Below, piece after piece: positions 37,093-49,850 of a stretch of 64,000 nt of DNA. Made by a program: the position numbers and the translations under genes. The DNA is from Paraspadella gotoi (lineage: Eukaryota; Animalia; Chaetognatha), in NCBI GenBank assembly GCA_051294375.1, contig CM119269.1, forward strand, positions 6,771,552-6,835,551, given 5' to 3'. The first letter of the stretch is position 1. Each line of letters begins with the position of its first letter. A model generated the notes under the pieces. That model saw only the letters and a list, made by a program, of their open reading frames with translations. It searched no databases and was not told where the DNA came from.

Positions 37093-39614
37093 TGTTCTTT
37101 TTTATTTGCTATGGCCACTCTCCAAACTTTGTTAAAAAACGATTGTAATAAAGTCAATATGGAATCGCGCCTCGAGTCAGTCCTCTACCAACCACTGTGA
37201 GGAGATGCCTTTTTTTTTCCTGGCGACGAACAAAGGGTGAAAACGGAGATAAATGGTTGTTTGGAGGAAGAGGAAGATGGTTAGAAGTGAACCTCTGACC
37301 TCTTGAATGCTAAACCAATTTGTCCATTTTTTCCCCTTTTTTTACCACCTTTCTCCCTGCATTTTAAAGTTTCTTCCCTAATCCCCAAATTAAATGCCTC
37401 TTCGTGTCGAGTCAGCCCGATTAATTAAAGTTTAATTAAAAACCACTTAACGTCTTTCAGTTTAATAAAAAATTTAATGGTAATAATTAATTATACAGTA
37501 TATATCAGAAAGTCATTCCGTCCGCAGATGTTCGATGGAGTTTAAATTCAGTGAGTAAAAAATTATTAATTGAAAAAAAAGTGAAAGAGGGAAAACTCCA
37601 CTAAGGGAGAAAATAGTTTGAAAAAATTGAATATTCATAACTTGAAAAACATAAATTATTTTAAAGTCTTATAGATGCTTTAAAATGTGCATGTAAAAGA
37701 AGCGTAAAAAAATTTATTTGAGGGTATTTTTGCTATTTTGTTAAGTCCCTCTCAGATTCAGATGTCAGATTCGTCATACATGTTACATATGTATGCGACA
37801 CAGAATCTCACATTCCCCCTCCCAACGTAAAGCCGGAATTATCACCGCTGATAATGGCCACCTGGTTCTAAGTGATCGCCGTTCCTCTTTATGGGAGCTC
37901 GACATGACGATCGTGATGATATTTATAAAGATGACGATGATATTAACAATGGTAACGATGATTAATAACTATTGATAATGATGATGATAGCAATAATGAT
38001 AATGATGATAGTGAAGATGATAGTGATGATTATGGTAAGGACAAATGATTCTACATCGACATCATTTCTTCCTGCCTCCTTTCCTTTCTTCCTTTCTTCC
38101 TTTTCCTCTTTTCTTTCCTTTCCTTTCCCCCCTTTTTTCCTCCCTTCACGTGAACAACCTCACGTTCTCGACTTTTAAGCTTCTCATCTCACGTCGCTTC
38201 GAATTCTTTCCTCACTTTCCTAATTTTTTACCCGTTTTTCTTTTTTTTTTTTTTTTGATTTTTTTGTTTTTGTCATTTTCTGCTAACTTTTTTCTTCTTT
38301 TTTTTTACGATTCACTTCGATCTAGTTCATTATTTGTTTACGTTTTTAAGGATTTGTTTTACGTTTGCTTTCTTTCTTTCTTTGTTCCTTATCTTCTTTC
38401 TTTCTTTCCCTTTTTCTTTCTATCCTTCTTCCTTATTTTCTTTCTTTCTTTCTTTCTTTAATTCTCTCTTTCTTTTATTTTCTCAAACGTTTTCTTAATT
38501 TCTTTCTCCCTTTCTTCCTTCGCCTAATCAATTTTCCCCCACTTTCCTGACTCGGTCGTCATTGAGCGTCGTTGTTGTTGTCGTCGTCGTCGTCGTCGTC
38601 GTTATCCCTTTAGAGTTTTATCAAGAAATAATTCTGCTTTGTCATTTCATTGTCATTTTTAATAAAGACTTTTGTTATTTTTGTCATTTTTATCCTCTTT
38701 CTTCTTTATCCTCTTCTCTTCAGCTTCGCAAATGTCGTCAAAATCTGGCGGTGATCATTGCACTATTCGGTCGAATTCGATTGTCATTGTTGTCATTTTT
38801 CTCTTCTGTCACATTCAAAGTGTCTCATTCATTGTGAGCAAAACTGTGGTCGACATCGAATGGTATTGTTGAAGGGGCTCGTTCTCTGCCATCGCCTACG
38901 GGAATTCTAATTGTCACCTTTTTGTCGTCATAACATAACATAACCGTTAATATATTTATTTTAATGGCTAATTTTGGTTAATTTTAAATTATGATTTTGT
39001 TTATTTTTTGGTATAAATATTACAGTTTTAAAAAAAAATATTGTTTTTTTTTTCCTCTCACTCTCTCTTTCTTTTTTTCCTTCTTCCTCCCCTTCTCTCT
39101 ACTATTTTTTGTTTGTTTAATTCTTAAATTATAAAAAAAAAATTGACACGTTAAATCTTATTTCTGCCCAAATCTCTTTCTCTCTTTTTCATTCCCTAAC
39201 TTCATGATAAAGTTAATATCCTTTTCCTTTTTTTTCTTTCTTCTCCCTCTCCCTTTTCCTTTCTTTTCTTCTTTATTTCACTTTTTTTTCTTTTCCCCCC
39301 TTTCCTTTTCTTCTGCCCTTCCACTCTTTTCTCTTTGCTTTCTAATAATAAGTGGTCTACATATAAGTGTATCGGGCGTTGATATTTCTTGTCCGCAATA
39401 TGTGGGTCTTAATTCGCCCTTTTCCAATCGCCGTATTTGGCCTTTGCCACGAAAGAAGATTATAAACCTGTTATAAATATAAGTTATTGATCCGAAGCCG
39501 CACGAAGAAGAACGTCTTTCAATTTGGTTTATATAAAAAAAGACAACCCTACTATTAAGGCTGAAAAATATCTCGTACATGTTGTAAAACACATGCACAC
39601 AGAACAATTAAATA

Positions 39615-41519
39615 ATGGGGATTTTTCAAAGCTTTCAACTTGTTTTGCTGACCGTCTTGGCTGTCGCTGACTTAGCAACTGATTTGAAAGCCATCGTCGA
39701 TCATATTTTCTCAACGAAAGAAATCCTGAATTTTTTGGGTTTTGTTCTTTTATCCGTGTTTCTTTTTCACTGCACCGTTTCCGCCGTTTACGGTTTGGCG
39801 GTCCTGGCGAAACACGGACAACATTTCGATGTCATTTGGAGGAGTCGGTGGCGAAAAGTATTTACGATTCTACTTCACGCCGCAGGATTCGCCACTGTTC
39901 CTCTTTTTTACGATTCTTTTTTGACAAACGAGAAAGAAAACCGAAATGTTATGAAATTTAAAGAAAATCATATCTTTAATTTAAACGTAATACACGCCTT
40001 TTTGGAGTCCTTTCCTCAATTGCTCCTTCAAACGGCGTCAACCTTTGTAGGGATGATCAATTTAAACGATGAAATTTGCCTGCCCAGCCTGGAATGGTTG
40101 GGAAGTCTTCGGCATATTAATCCTAACAAACCCATTGTTGGATCAGTGCATTATTACGACAACGAAAAACAAAACCTCTCAGTCACAGAAATAAAATGCT
40201 CCTGCGAGAGAGGCCAAATTTATTCCATCCATTACACGTGCAGTTGGAGAATTCGAGATTACCGCTCGCTCATCTCGATAATCTTGTCATCAACGTCCAT
40301 GGTGAGCATCATATTCGCAACCCGGAGTAACAGAATGCAAATTTTTGAAAACAAATATTGTGGGGGAAGAAAATTGACGAGTTTCATCGGATCCGTTCAA
40401 GGCTGCATGGGTCTCGGCACGGGCATTTACTTTATTTATTCTAATACCGTTCAGTACTCTTTCTTATTCTTAACATTTATTCTATTTTTGATTTTGCGAC
40501 TTTTTACTTTGTCTGAACTGACTTACTTTCTCAAATTATTGAAACAGAATTATTATTTTTTTCAAAACGTGCCCGTTCCCTTCGTGGGTGATGACTTTAT
40601 TCAAAGATTGACTGCAATTTATTTTAACTTTTTCGTCGTCTCGTTAAGTTTAAATTATAAACTTCACCAAAAATTGATTCATTCTCTATATCCCAACGAA
40701 AAGCACTGGACTGTTTCTAATGCAAACAATTATATGCGCGAAAGAGTAACACTTTATATAAAGTTTTATGTAGTAAAATACGATTATGATTTTCTTGGCA
40801 TATTTGTTTATTTAACAGACAATGCAAAAAAATGGGACAAAATTATTGGAAAGTATTATTTTTCAGTGTTTTCACTTACACCTTCATTTGATACAAATAT
40901 AAGATCCCTCCCTTTATTTCTGGGCAACAGTCAATTATTCTTTTTACAAAACAAACTTATTTTTACAATACTTTTTTTGGAGATAACTTTATGTTTAGTC
41001 GATTCACTAATTTTAATAATTCTTAAAAATAAGGTCTTTAAATTAATTTTAGTATATGAGTCCTTTTTACTTTTTTCCGTTTTGATAGTTATTAAATTAT
41101 TTCATCATGAAAGTGGAGAAAATCAGATTTTGCAGAGGGCAAAAGATCCAGGTTTAACTTTGTTATTGGCAAATTTTTTTCCATTGGGAATTTTATTTCT
41201 TATTTTACTGGCGTCCAAAAAAATTGTAAGCATCAGTAAAAAAAAAATTGTATCCATACTTCATTTTATGTCGTCCATACTTTTTTCGTGGTATGCCGTA
41301 TATAATGTGCTTTCGCTAAATTTAGGTTTCAACGTAAAAAAAGATTGGAAGTTTTTAAGCGATTGCTTTGCGAATGGTTCTTACCGAGGCCCGGTTGGAG
41401 CATATGAAAGCGCAACAATGGCGGCAACCATGTACAAATACTTTTCCTTGAACGAAAATTTCTTCTCCTATGCATTTCTTTTTTCCCCTTTTTTAACTCT
41501 CTCTTTTCAGTTGAATTAA
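39615..41519 (+). CDS. XK-related (Xkr/CED-8-like) polytopic membrane protein, 634-aa uninterrupted ORF
   Basis: N-terminal VADLATD and HAFLESFPQLLLQ (XK family E..PQ..LQ motif), SIILSSTSMV, and many hydrophobic segments. The ORF has no introns. Confidence 0.7.
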   Translation: MGIFQSFQLVLLTVLAVADLATDLKAIVDHIFSTKEILNFLGFVLLSVFLFHCTVSAVYGLAVLAKHGQHFDVIWRSRWRKVFTILLHAAGFATVPLFYDSFLTNEKENRNVMKFKENHIFNLNVIHAFLESFPQLLLQTASTFVGMINLNDEICLPSLEWLGSLRHINPNKPIVGSVHYYDNEKQNLSVTEIKCSCERGQIYSIHYTCSWRIRDYRSLISIILSSTSMVSIIFATRSNRMQIFENKYCGGRKLTSFIGSVQGCMGLGTGIYFIYSNTVQYSFLFLTFILFLILRLFTLSELTYFLKLLKQNYYFFQNVPVPFVGDDFIQRLTAIYFNFFVVSLSLNYKLHQKLIHSLYPNEKHWTVSNANNYMRERVTLYIKFYVVKYDYDFLGIFVYLTDNAKKWDKIIGKYYFSVFSLTPSFDTNIRSLPLFLGNSQLFFLQNKLIFTILFLEITLCLVDSLILIILKNKVFKLILVYESFLLFSVLIVIKLFHHESGENQILQRAKDPGLTLLLANFFPLGILFLILLASKKIVSISKKKIVSILHFMSSILFSWYAVYNVLSLNLGFNVKKDWKFLSDCFANGSYRGPVGAYESATMAATMYKYFSLNENFFSYAFLFSPFLTLSFQLN

Positions 41520-41911
41520 AAGGAAGAAAGGCGGGACTTTTTCAAAAATATATAATATTTATTTATTTAATATTTATTTTTATTTTTTATGGGATTCTCT
41601 ATGTCTCACTGAAGTCATATGGCGAAAATGCTAAAAGCTTCAGGACGCTGAAAACCTTTCCTCTTTCTAGGATAAACTCAATTCATGAAGGAATACTTGA
41701 GAAATTACGAACCGTAGTTATATGCTGTTCGACGACTACTCTCTTACAATACACGAGTTGCGTTGACCAACCAACTTTTTACGAGAATTTTATTTTAAAA
41801 GAAATATATCAGTTTAATGACTGGATTAATTTAAGGGTCAAAGATTTTGCTAACTTAAAGTGCTTGATATTCTTAATTTTACCCGCACTTATCGTACTTC
41901 TGCATGCTTGA
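41408..41911 (+). CDS. Unlisted -1-frame ORF continuing the XK-like protein (no ATG)
   Basis: 167 stop-free codons in AT-rich DNA: ...PFFNSLFSVELKGRKAGLFQKYIIFIYLIFIFIFYGILYVSLKSY...KCLIFLILPALIVLLHA*. It has two TM-like stretches and overlaps the end of the 634-aa ORF. Confidence 0.6.
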   Translation, partial: KRNNGGNHVQILFLERKFLLLCISFFPFFNSLFSVELKGRKAGLFQKYIIFIYLIFIFIFYGILYVSLKSYGENAKSFRTLKTFPLSRINSIHEGILEKLRTVVICCSTTTLLQYTSCVDQPTFYENFILKEIYQFNDWINLRVKDFANLKCLIFLILPALIVLLHA

Positions 41912-42374
41912 CCAATGTTGACCATGTTGTTGCCGCCAGATAAAAACCTCACAGTTGCTTTGAGAATTAGTACTAAATATTAAGCTAAAATTACTGCTTA
42001 AAAAGCAGTTATTTAATGGCAAATTGTGATAAATGTTATAAATTCTCTGTTCTATCTTTTAGAAGTTGCTTTATTATGTGTTTGTAATTTGTAATACATC
42101 AGTTACTTATAAAAATTATATATCTTATCTGGATATCTTTTAATTAGCTACCTAAAAGTATTTTATAGTTAGACCAATAAAAATAGTTTTAACTACTCCA
42201 GTTTTATTGTCTGTGTCTCCGTTTTGTCATCATTTTCACAGTTTTGTCGTCATTGTCACCGTTTTTTCGTCATTGTGATCAATCTCAATGTCCTTTTGTT
42301 TTCTTTCTTACTTCCGTCAACGTCAAATAAAAAAGGCGTCAGGTTGTTCCTTATGTCGTTTACATACATACACA

Positions 42375-43331
42375 CACATACATACACCCTGACATTTTTC
42401 ATATTTTCAAAATAAGTCATGAACGATTTATAAACGATTAACTTAAACGAACAATACAGTTTTGTCTTATTTCTATTAAAATATGAATTGAATTGAAATG
42501 ACGCTGAAGAAGACTCGTATGTGAGTTGAACATGTCCGTTTCACTATGAAATAAAATCGTTGTTAAATCTCTCTTCAAAACTTTGTTCTAAATCAAATCA
42601 CAACGAAGAAGAAAAGGCCGAGACCGATGGAGACGGCCAGATCTTACCTATTCGACCGATTGACCGATCGACTGGACAGGGACTGATCTGACTCTTTCTC
42701 CACTCTTTCTCTCCCTCTCTCTCTTTCTCTCTCTCTCTATCTCTGTAAACTTTACTTGGTCAGGCTCAGACTAGACAAATACAGATTCACTGGATCACAT
42801 TTTAGAGAGACCGTCAACTACTTTCTTACAAAGTTCCTACTACGTTTTTACTGAAGATTCTACTACGATTTTATTTGATTTCTCTACGATTTATTGGATT
42901 CCTCTTAGATTTGATCTCGATTTTCTACGGATTTTTATCTCGTTTCCTACATTTTATTACATTTATTTACTTTGATTCCCGCATTTTTTCCTTCCGACAT
43001 TTTCGAGCTTCAGTTACACAAACGTTTGGGATACTTTTCGTCAGATTACGTTGCGACCAAGTGGACCATTCTCACCTCAAGAGGCGTAGAGAGCCAAGCT
43101 TCTCTACACATACATACACCCTGACATTTTTCATATTTTCAAAATAAGTCATGAACGATTTATAAAACGATTAACTGTAACGAACAATACAGTTTTGTCT
43201 TATTTCTATGAAAATATGAATTGAATTGAATTGGCACTGAAGAAGACTCGTATGTGAGTCCGTTTCACTATGAAATAAAAATCGTTGTTAAATCTCTCTT
43301 CAAAACTTTGTTCTAAATCAAATCACAACGA
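42375..43331 (+). mobile_element. ~230-bp direct repeats with hammerhead motifs flanking a ~500-bp spacer (retrozyme or Penelope pLTR-like)
   Basis: Repeats at 42375-42608 and 43107-43331. Copy 1: ACG CTGAAGA AGACTC..GAGTT GAAC AT GTC CGT then AATAAA. Copy 2 has lost the GAACATGT segment. Confidence 0.65.
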
Positions 43332-45206
43332 AACAAAGGAAAAAAACACAATATGAAAATATAGAAATGATCTCGTAAATTAGTTTTCTATTTTTATTTG
43401 TTTGGTTTATTTTGTTGCTGATGTATCTACTGTATCATTCTTGATATGAAATGAAATTCTCATTATCAATATGCTCACTGCGACAATGTTTGACACCATC
43501 AACGACTTTCCGTTCGTCGTCATCGTCACATTCTTAACCTCATTTTCGTCGTCGTCTAAATGACAGGCCTCATTAAACGTCGTGACGTCTTTAACTTTTC
43601 TCTCCCGGTCGACTTTTCTCGACCCCTGACTTCTTTTTTCTTTTCATTCTTTTCCTTTTCTTTTCCTTCTTTTCTTTTCTTTACTTTCTTTTCATTTTTC
43701 TTCCTTACTTTTCTTTCCTTAATTATTTTTTCCTTTTATTCCCTTCTTTTTTTACGTCACTTTCTTTTCTTGACTTTCTTTTCTTTTCTTTTCTTTTCTT
43801 TTCTTTTCTTTTCTCCATTTCCTTTTCCATTTTCTTTCCTTCTTTTCTTACTTTGACTTCCCCTCTCTCTCCTTTTTTAAGGGACCCTTATTTCTATTTT
43901 CGACATTTAATTTTTCTTTTAGCTTTTTATTTTCTTTTCTTTTCCATATTTACTAGTTACTACCCTTTTATGAAATATTATCATTCTCGTTATTTTTCTC
44001 CTCTCTTTTCCATTCTTATCTCTTCATTTTATTCATCGTCTTTTCTCTTTTTATTCACTGGATTCTCTTCTTTTTTCGCATCCAATATTTTTTCCTCTTC
44101 AATTTAATTTCCCACTTTTCTCGTTCTCATCTTTTTTTCCCCTTTTTTCCCCTCTCGTCGCGTTCCTTTTTTAAAAATTCTCTCTCTATCTCTCTCTCTT
44201 TTTTTTTTTTTTTTTTTTTTAGTGAATGCCGTTTGAAAATAGCATCTGGTTTTTTTTTTTCCATCGGCGTCGAACTGGAATTCCGTTTTCCCTTTGACTC
44301 GAAGATGAAAAAGTAAAAACAAATAACCGTTGGGTCACGTGACGAAAGAATGTAAGCAAGCAAACGGGCAAACAAGCAAGCGGAGCGAGCAAGCAATGGA
44401 AAGAAGTTCTAAGAGAAAGAGGAAACCAAGACGAACTGTTTCGAAGTCAAATTGATTTTTAAATCTCGATTAAGAAATAAAAACAACTAAGTTATTATGT
44501 AAAAAATATTTAAAACCTTAATACATTAAATCCGTATACAATCTCTTAATTATTCATTCTTTATATATATCACTCGAAAGAAAAAAATTTTAGTATTCAA
44601 AATTTAATCATGTTTACTATCCAAGTATGCATACATATTATGTAATACAATGTATTAATCTCTTTTGAATCGATGTCGGGATCAGATTCCGGACGCAGAC
44701 AACTCAGAATCGCGTCTAATTCATTAAGAGATGTTTTCATGAAAAACAAGCGGAATATCTCGTTGAAATCGAATTAAGCGTCGTCGTCGTCGTCATCGTC
44801 GTGGTTGTTGTTTTTTTTGACGTGATTATCGTCGTCGTCTCCTCACAGTAAAAATGGTTTATTTGAACCAAGAAGTAATTTTCCGTCCGAGCGAAATTTA
44901 AGCGTCCGTTTCTAATGTCGCTCATTCAGGTTATTCATCGATTTAGCTTTGAAAAGAGGAAGTCTTTTAGAAAATGTATTTTTAGGAAATACGAATACAA
45001 CACCCAATACAGTTCAGTTGTTAACGTTCGCTTTTATGAAAATCGTGATAAAATATCTGATCCAATGGATATACGTACATATAAAAATTGTCAGTTGTTA
45101 CTACAAAAAAGCCTTAACAAGTAACCCCTCCGCCCCCAAAAGAAAAAAAAACATCTCACGCCTTCCTTTCATAAATTTCGGTGCACAATTTCGAAGCAAT
45201 TGCGTC

Positions 45207-45328
<122 letters not shown>

Positions 45329-45430
45329 ATCAGTAGGAGTCGTCGGTTTCCTCAAGTGAATTTTTCTGCATTTGTTACGAATGAAAAATTTTAAATCGAA
45401 AACTCCATTTTGAGCGACATGAGAGAGAGT

Positions 45431-45462
<32 letters not shown>

Positions 45463-45478
45463 GAGAGAGAGAGAGAGG

Positions 45479-45514
<36 letters not shown>

Positions 45515-45794
45515 ATTTCGTCGCTGGCTGTCATCTTCTTTTATTTTTAAGTATCAACTCAGTACGATGTTTCACTTCAATGTAACCCTTATTAATGAAG
45601 GCACCGAAGTATTCATTGCCATTGTTGTTTTAGAATTGAAAGTAAATAATTCACTTCAGCAAAGTCAAAAGCAAAGATTAAGAGAAAAAAAAAGAAGTGA
45701 AAAAGAAAGAAAAGTAAGGAAGAAAAAGAAAAAGAGAGATGGGAAAAGAGAAAAAGATTGTCGGAGGAAAAGATTCAAAAAATAAAAAAAATAA

Positions 45795-46130
45795 AAATAA
45801 AAGAGAGTTTAAAAGTAAAGAGATGAAAAGAGAAAAAAAAAACAGAAAAGAAAAGAAAAAAAAGAAAAGAAAAGAGAGTTTAAAAGCGAAGAGAAGGAAT
45901 GAGAAAAAAAAAGAAAAGAGAAAGAAAAAAAAGAAAAGAAAAGAGAGTTTAAAAGCGAATAGAAGAAAAGAAAAAAAAGAAAAGAAAAGAAAAGAGAGTT
46001 TAAAAGCGAAGAGAAGGAATGAGAAAAAAAAAGAAAAGAAAAGAAAAAAAGAAAAGAAAAGAGAGTTTAAAAGCGAAGAGAAGAAAAGAAAAAAAAGAAA
46101 AGAAAAAAAGAAAAGAAAAGAAAGAGAAGA
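45795..46130. repeat. Purine-rich tandem repeat with core AAAAGAGAGTTTAAAAGCGAAGAGAAG
   Basis: Five copies of the core at roughly 55-70-bp spacing. Confidence 0.85.
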
Positions 46131-46247
46131 GATTTTTGGGTCAGGATCCTTCATCGCCTCCGCATCTTCGTCTCTCTCGTCTTCCGCGCAGATTCTTTCC
46201 TCTTTTATCATCGACATTATCAGAGTCACGTCATCACCGAGCGCCAT

Positions 46248-46303
<56 letters not shown>

Positions 46304-47725
46304 TCTCGAAAGTGTGAAGACCGAAAGAGTTCTGATTATTTCGTTATCGCATTAGTCTTCGCTGTCGTCGGCGTTGCTATCGCCTTTGTCATCATCCCGT
46401 CATCTCTGTCGTCCATTTTATTATCGCCTTTGTCATCTTCTCGTCATCTTTGTCATTTCAATAGTATCGTCTAGGTTATCCAAAGGCCTTCGATGTCAGC
46501 ACTGTTGACTCTACTTTTTAATCGTTTTGTCGTCGAAGACTTGATTGCGTTTTTCCCCCTGAACTTTCGACTTTCGAGAAATTTTCAAATCGCAAGATTT
46601 TTTATTTTATTTTGAAACTCCAGTTTAATATTTAGTTTGTTTTATTTCGATTCCCAAAAAAATGTTATGATGATCTACCCGAGTAATAGAAAAAGGAATG
46701 AAATGAATTCGATGAATAGACAGTCGTACTCGACAAACAGACGCTAAAAAGACTGACTCGCTGAGTGAATCTCCCGCCGCAATAGAAACTCATCTCCGAG
46801 ATTTCTTTCGATTCTAAATCCGATTCATCATTCATAATTCATCATTCATCATTTGTCATTCATAATTTCTCTTTTTAAAAAAAATAAATTCTAAGCTTCT
46901 ACGTCCATTCGCTTCCCAGTCTCCGCAATAATCCCCAGCGCTTCCGTCAAATCTCCGGTAAAGAATCAAAACATAAATCTCATCTTCTCTTCCTCTTTTT
47001 ATTTCAGTCTCGTTTTATCAAATCGAGGCTGACGACGTGGATGAGTCGCCTATTTTTGGTCTGTCTGTCTGTTCGGACTATTGTTTATTGGTCTGAGAAA
47101 ACCCTCAATGGGTTTTAGTAATAAACCTTTTTTTATTTATTTTTAGATGCATATTAGAAGCTGAATAAGGGAATGTATGAATGTAAAATTTAGTGAAATA
47201 AATTAAAAAGATATTGGAAGGATCGAACCCACTCCTCCAGAAAAGGCCTTGCAATGAACAAAAACGATTGAAAAAGGATTGAATCTTGAAAATTAACCGA
47301 CTGGAGATCTCCAAGGCAATATATCTCTTTTTTTTTTTTTCTTCTTTCCTGTTTTTCTGTTTCTCGATCTGCTTCGCGCGCGTGCCAGGGATTTAGCGTC
47401 TCTAACCTTTTCCTCTAAACACGTGCGATTCGAAACCTTCGATCGCCACACCTCCTTCCTCACACACAAAATCCTTTTTTTTCCCACACAGAAGTCCCTC
47501 TCGACTCGAGATCTTAAAATAGTTCACGCGATCGAGAAATTTCTTTCACGCAATCGATGAATGAACTTTTTTCTGTGGCTGCGAGGACTGAGGAGAATGA
47601 GTCTCAGGTCTCAACTGACTTGAGAATTGAAGTCGAAAAAAAAAAAATACGGATCGTGAGAAAGAAGATTCGCGGTCTTCTGGGTCAGGTATTGAACCCG
47701 AGACGCGCGGTTGGGAAAAAGTCGA

Positions 47726-47948
47726 CACTGTGGCGGTATATTCACACCACCTCACGTCCCCCATCCATTGGCTCAAAGGGGGAACACACCATCCCAAGCG
47801 TAGTGTTCCATTCGCAGTTCTAATGACTTCCCTCTGCGTTGGCAAAGCGAGACCGTCCTAGGGTAACCGCGCCAGTGACTGGAGGCGTCACTGAGGGTCG
47901 GAAGCCCCCAAAGCCAACAGTGAGATGCCCCTTCTCAATGGGCATCAC
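47726..47948 (-). repeat. Structured dispersed repeat, copy C
   Basis: Reverse-complement homologue of copies A and B with the best-preserved stems; followed by GTCGACTTTTT. Confidence 0.85.
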
Positions 47949-48546
47949 AGGCAACCCGGCTGTTGCCATAACACGGCCATTGATAGATCCTGGACAGACG
48001 GCTTTAATCCTGATTCGAGATGGGAGACACGCGGAGGACTGAAAACGATCTTTGCTTTTCAAGAAAAGACCCAAGGCTGTCGGCTTATTGCATCGAGGGC
48101 TGTACGAACGGCTGTACGAACGGCATTAGGTGGTTAAATTTCACCAAAACTCCGTTATCGTCACGAGCGCTTAATTTTTAGGAAAGTTAATTAGTAAGTA
48201 CTCCTGCTTTCCGCGGTGATTTTCACAGAGCAATTCATCATAACTCGCTCACTGCTGAATTCTTCATCCCGCGCATGCGCAAACCCCTATCAGAGTCGTT
48301 TGTCACGCCGAAGTTTTCGTCCGTTAATTTCTTTTCGCGTCGCGTTCGCTTGCGTCTTAAGTCATTTAGTAATTTTCTTCTCGAAGTGTCAAAACTCGTA
48401 ACAGAGATGATATTTCTTTTCAAATTTACGTATATTTTATTATATTTTATGATAAAAATTTAGTTATATTTGCGGGTTAACAGCAAATATGAAGTTTATA
48501 AGACTTTGTCTAAAAAAATTTCTCCGTCCAGAAAAGGCATTGAGCG

Positions 48547-48611
48547 TTCCCCCTCTGAGCCAATCGGAATGGCTGAAGGATGGTGGATGTGAGGCGGTGT
48601 GAATACCCCGC
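48547..48611 (+). repeat. Structured dispersed repeat, 3' fragment (copy D)
   Basis: TTCCCCCTCTGAGCCAATCGGAATGGCTGAAGGATGGTGGATGTGAGGCGGTGTGAATA matches the 3' third of the family. Confidence 0.8.
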
Positions 48612-49004
48612 TCTTCCTTTCGCGAGACCGCCAGGCCGTAACGCCTGATGCCGAAATCGACCCTCGACCCTCGATTGACAGGCCGTCTTGAATTCGCGTC
48701 AATTTTCGTCGACTGAAAATTTGGGCAACTCGCCTGGTTTCCGCGAGACGAGCGCTTAATATATTTAGTTTTAACTATGAAGTTTTTCATTTCAGTTAAG
48801 TTCACTTTATGATTTGTGACCCGTTGATGTCGCATGATCGATCGCTCGTTTATAATTTCATTGCGGGCGGCAATGACGGCAATCCTGCTCCAAGTTGTAG
48901 CGAACAATGTCGAGTTTAAAATAAAAAAAATTCGACTTTTATATCGTCGTATCTGTCTCCCTTGATCTCTGGTTAAATTAAGACTCGGAAAAGAAAAAAA
49001 GAAA

Positions 49005-49046
<42 letters not shown>

Positions 49047-49740
49047 TGATTCGGAATTCGATGCAATAAAAAGTGGATGTCATAAAGTCTGGAAGCGGAA
49101 AGGGGGAAAAAACGGAGATGGAGTGGGGCCGTGTAGAAAGAGGGAATGGGGAAGCAAAGTGAGAAGTATTATAAAGGTAGAATACGAATAAATAGACATG
49201 TTTACAATCATTAGTAAGGCAAAACTTCGGAAGCGGGTTAGGTATGTTTAATCGATTTCCGAAATCTGGATTCGCAGATGGGGTTTACGACTAATGATAA
49301 TCGAGATGGAAGGCGAAATACTAATTCATGTAAAAGGGAAAGCAAAAAAATGTGAAAGGGAAAGAAGATCAAAAGCGGAAATGTGAAGATGCAAAAAGCC
49401 GATATTAACGATATTTCTCGTTCTGCACCGTTCTCGGTGTCGTCGTCAGCGTCGGCCGAACGAACGCTCTTCTGTCGCGAAAATCCTGACCATTGACCAA
49501 TCGCGACGTCCGAAACGGACCAATTAGAGCGAAGCAAGGTCCACTGTTTGATCGAAGCTACATTTCTTTGTTTATTCGTCAAACGAGAATTTGATTTGTT
49601 AAGCGAGACGAAATTCTCATTAAGGCACATTTATAAGCGGACTGAGTTACTGGTCGCAGGTGTGGGGCATGCTCATAATCTGGAACGTTTTCATTATTTT
49701 TAACCAAATACAGAGACCGAATAATTGTTATGAGTTAGAG

Positions 49741-49850
49741 AACCGCTCAATTTGAGCAGTCCCTGAGCTTCGGATCGGGCTGTAACAAGCGGGTTAACTG
49801 CTAAGAGGCTACCGTCTTAAAACCCCGGACCGTTAAGATGCGAATGACCG
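49741..49850 (-). mobile_element. tRNA-derived SINE, degraded copy
   Basis: AACCGCTCAATTTGAGCAGTCCCTGAGCTTCGGATC..GCGGGTTAA..ACCCCGGACC..GCGAATGAC aligns with 18420-18565. Confidence 0.65.

Noticed and set aside
48018-48035. 5S rRNA box C-like GATGGGAGAC
   Set aside because: An isolated 10-mer; the rest of 5S does not align.
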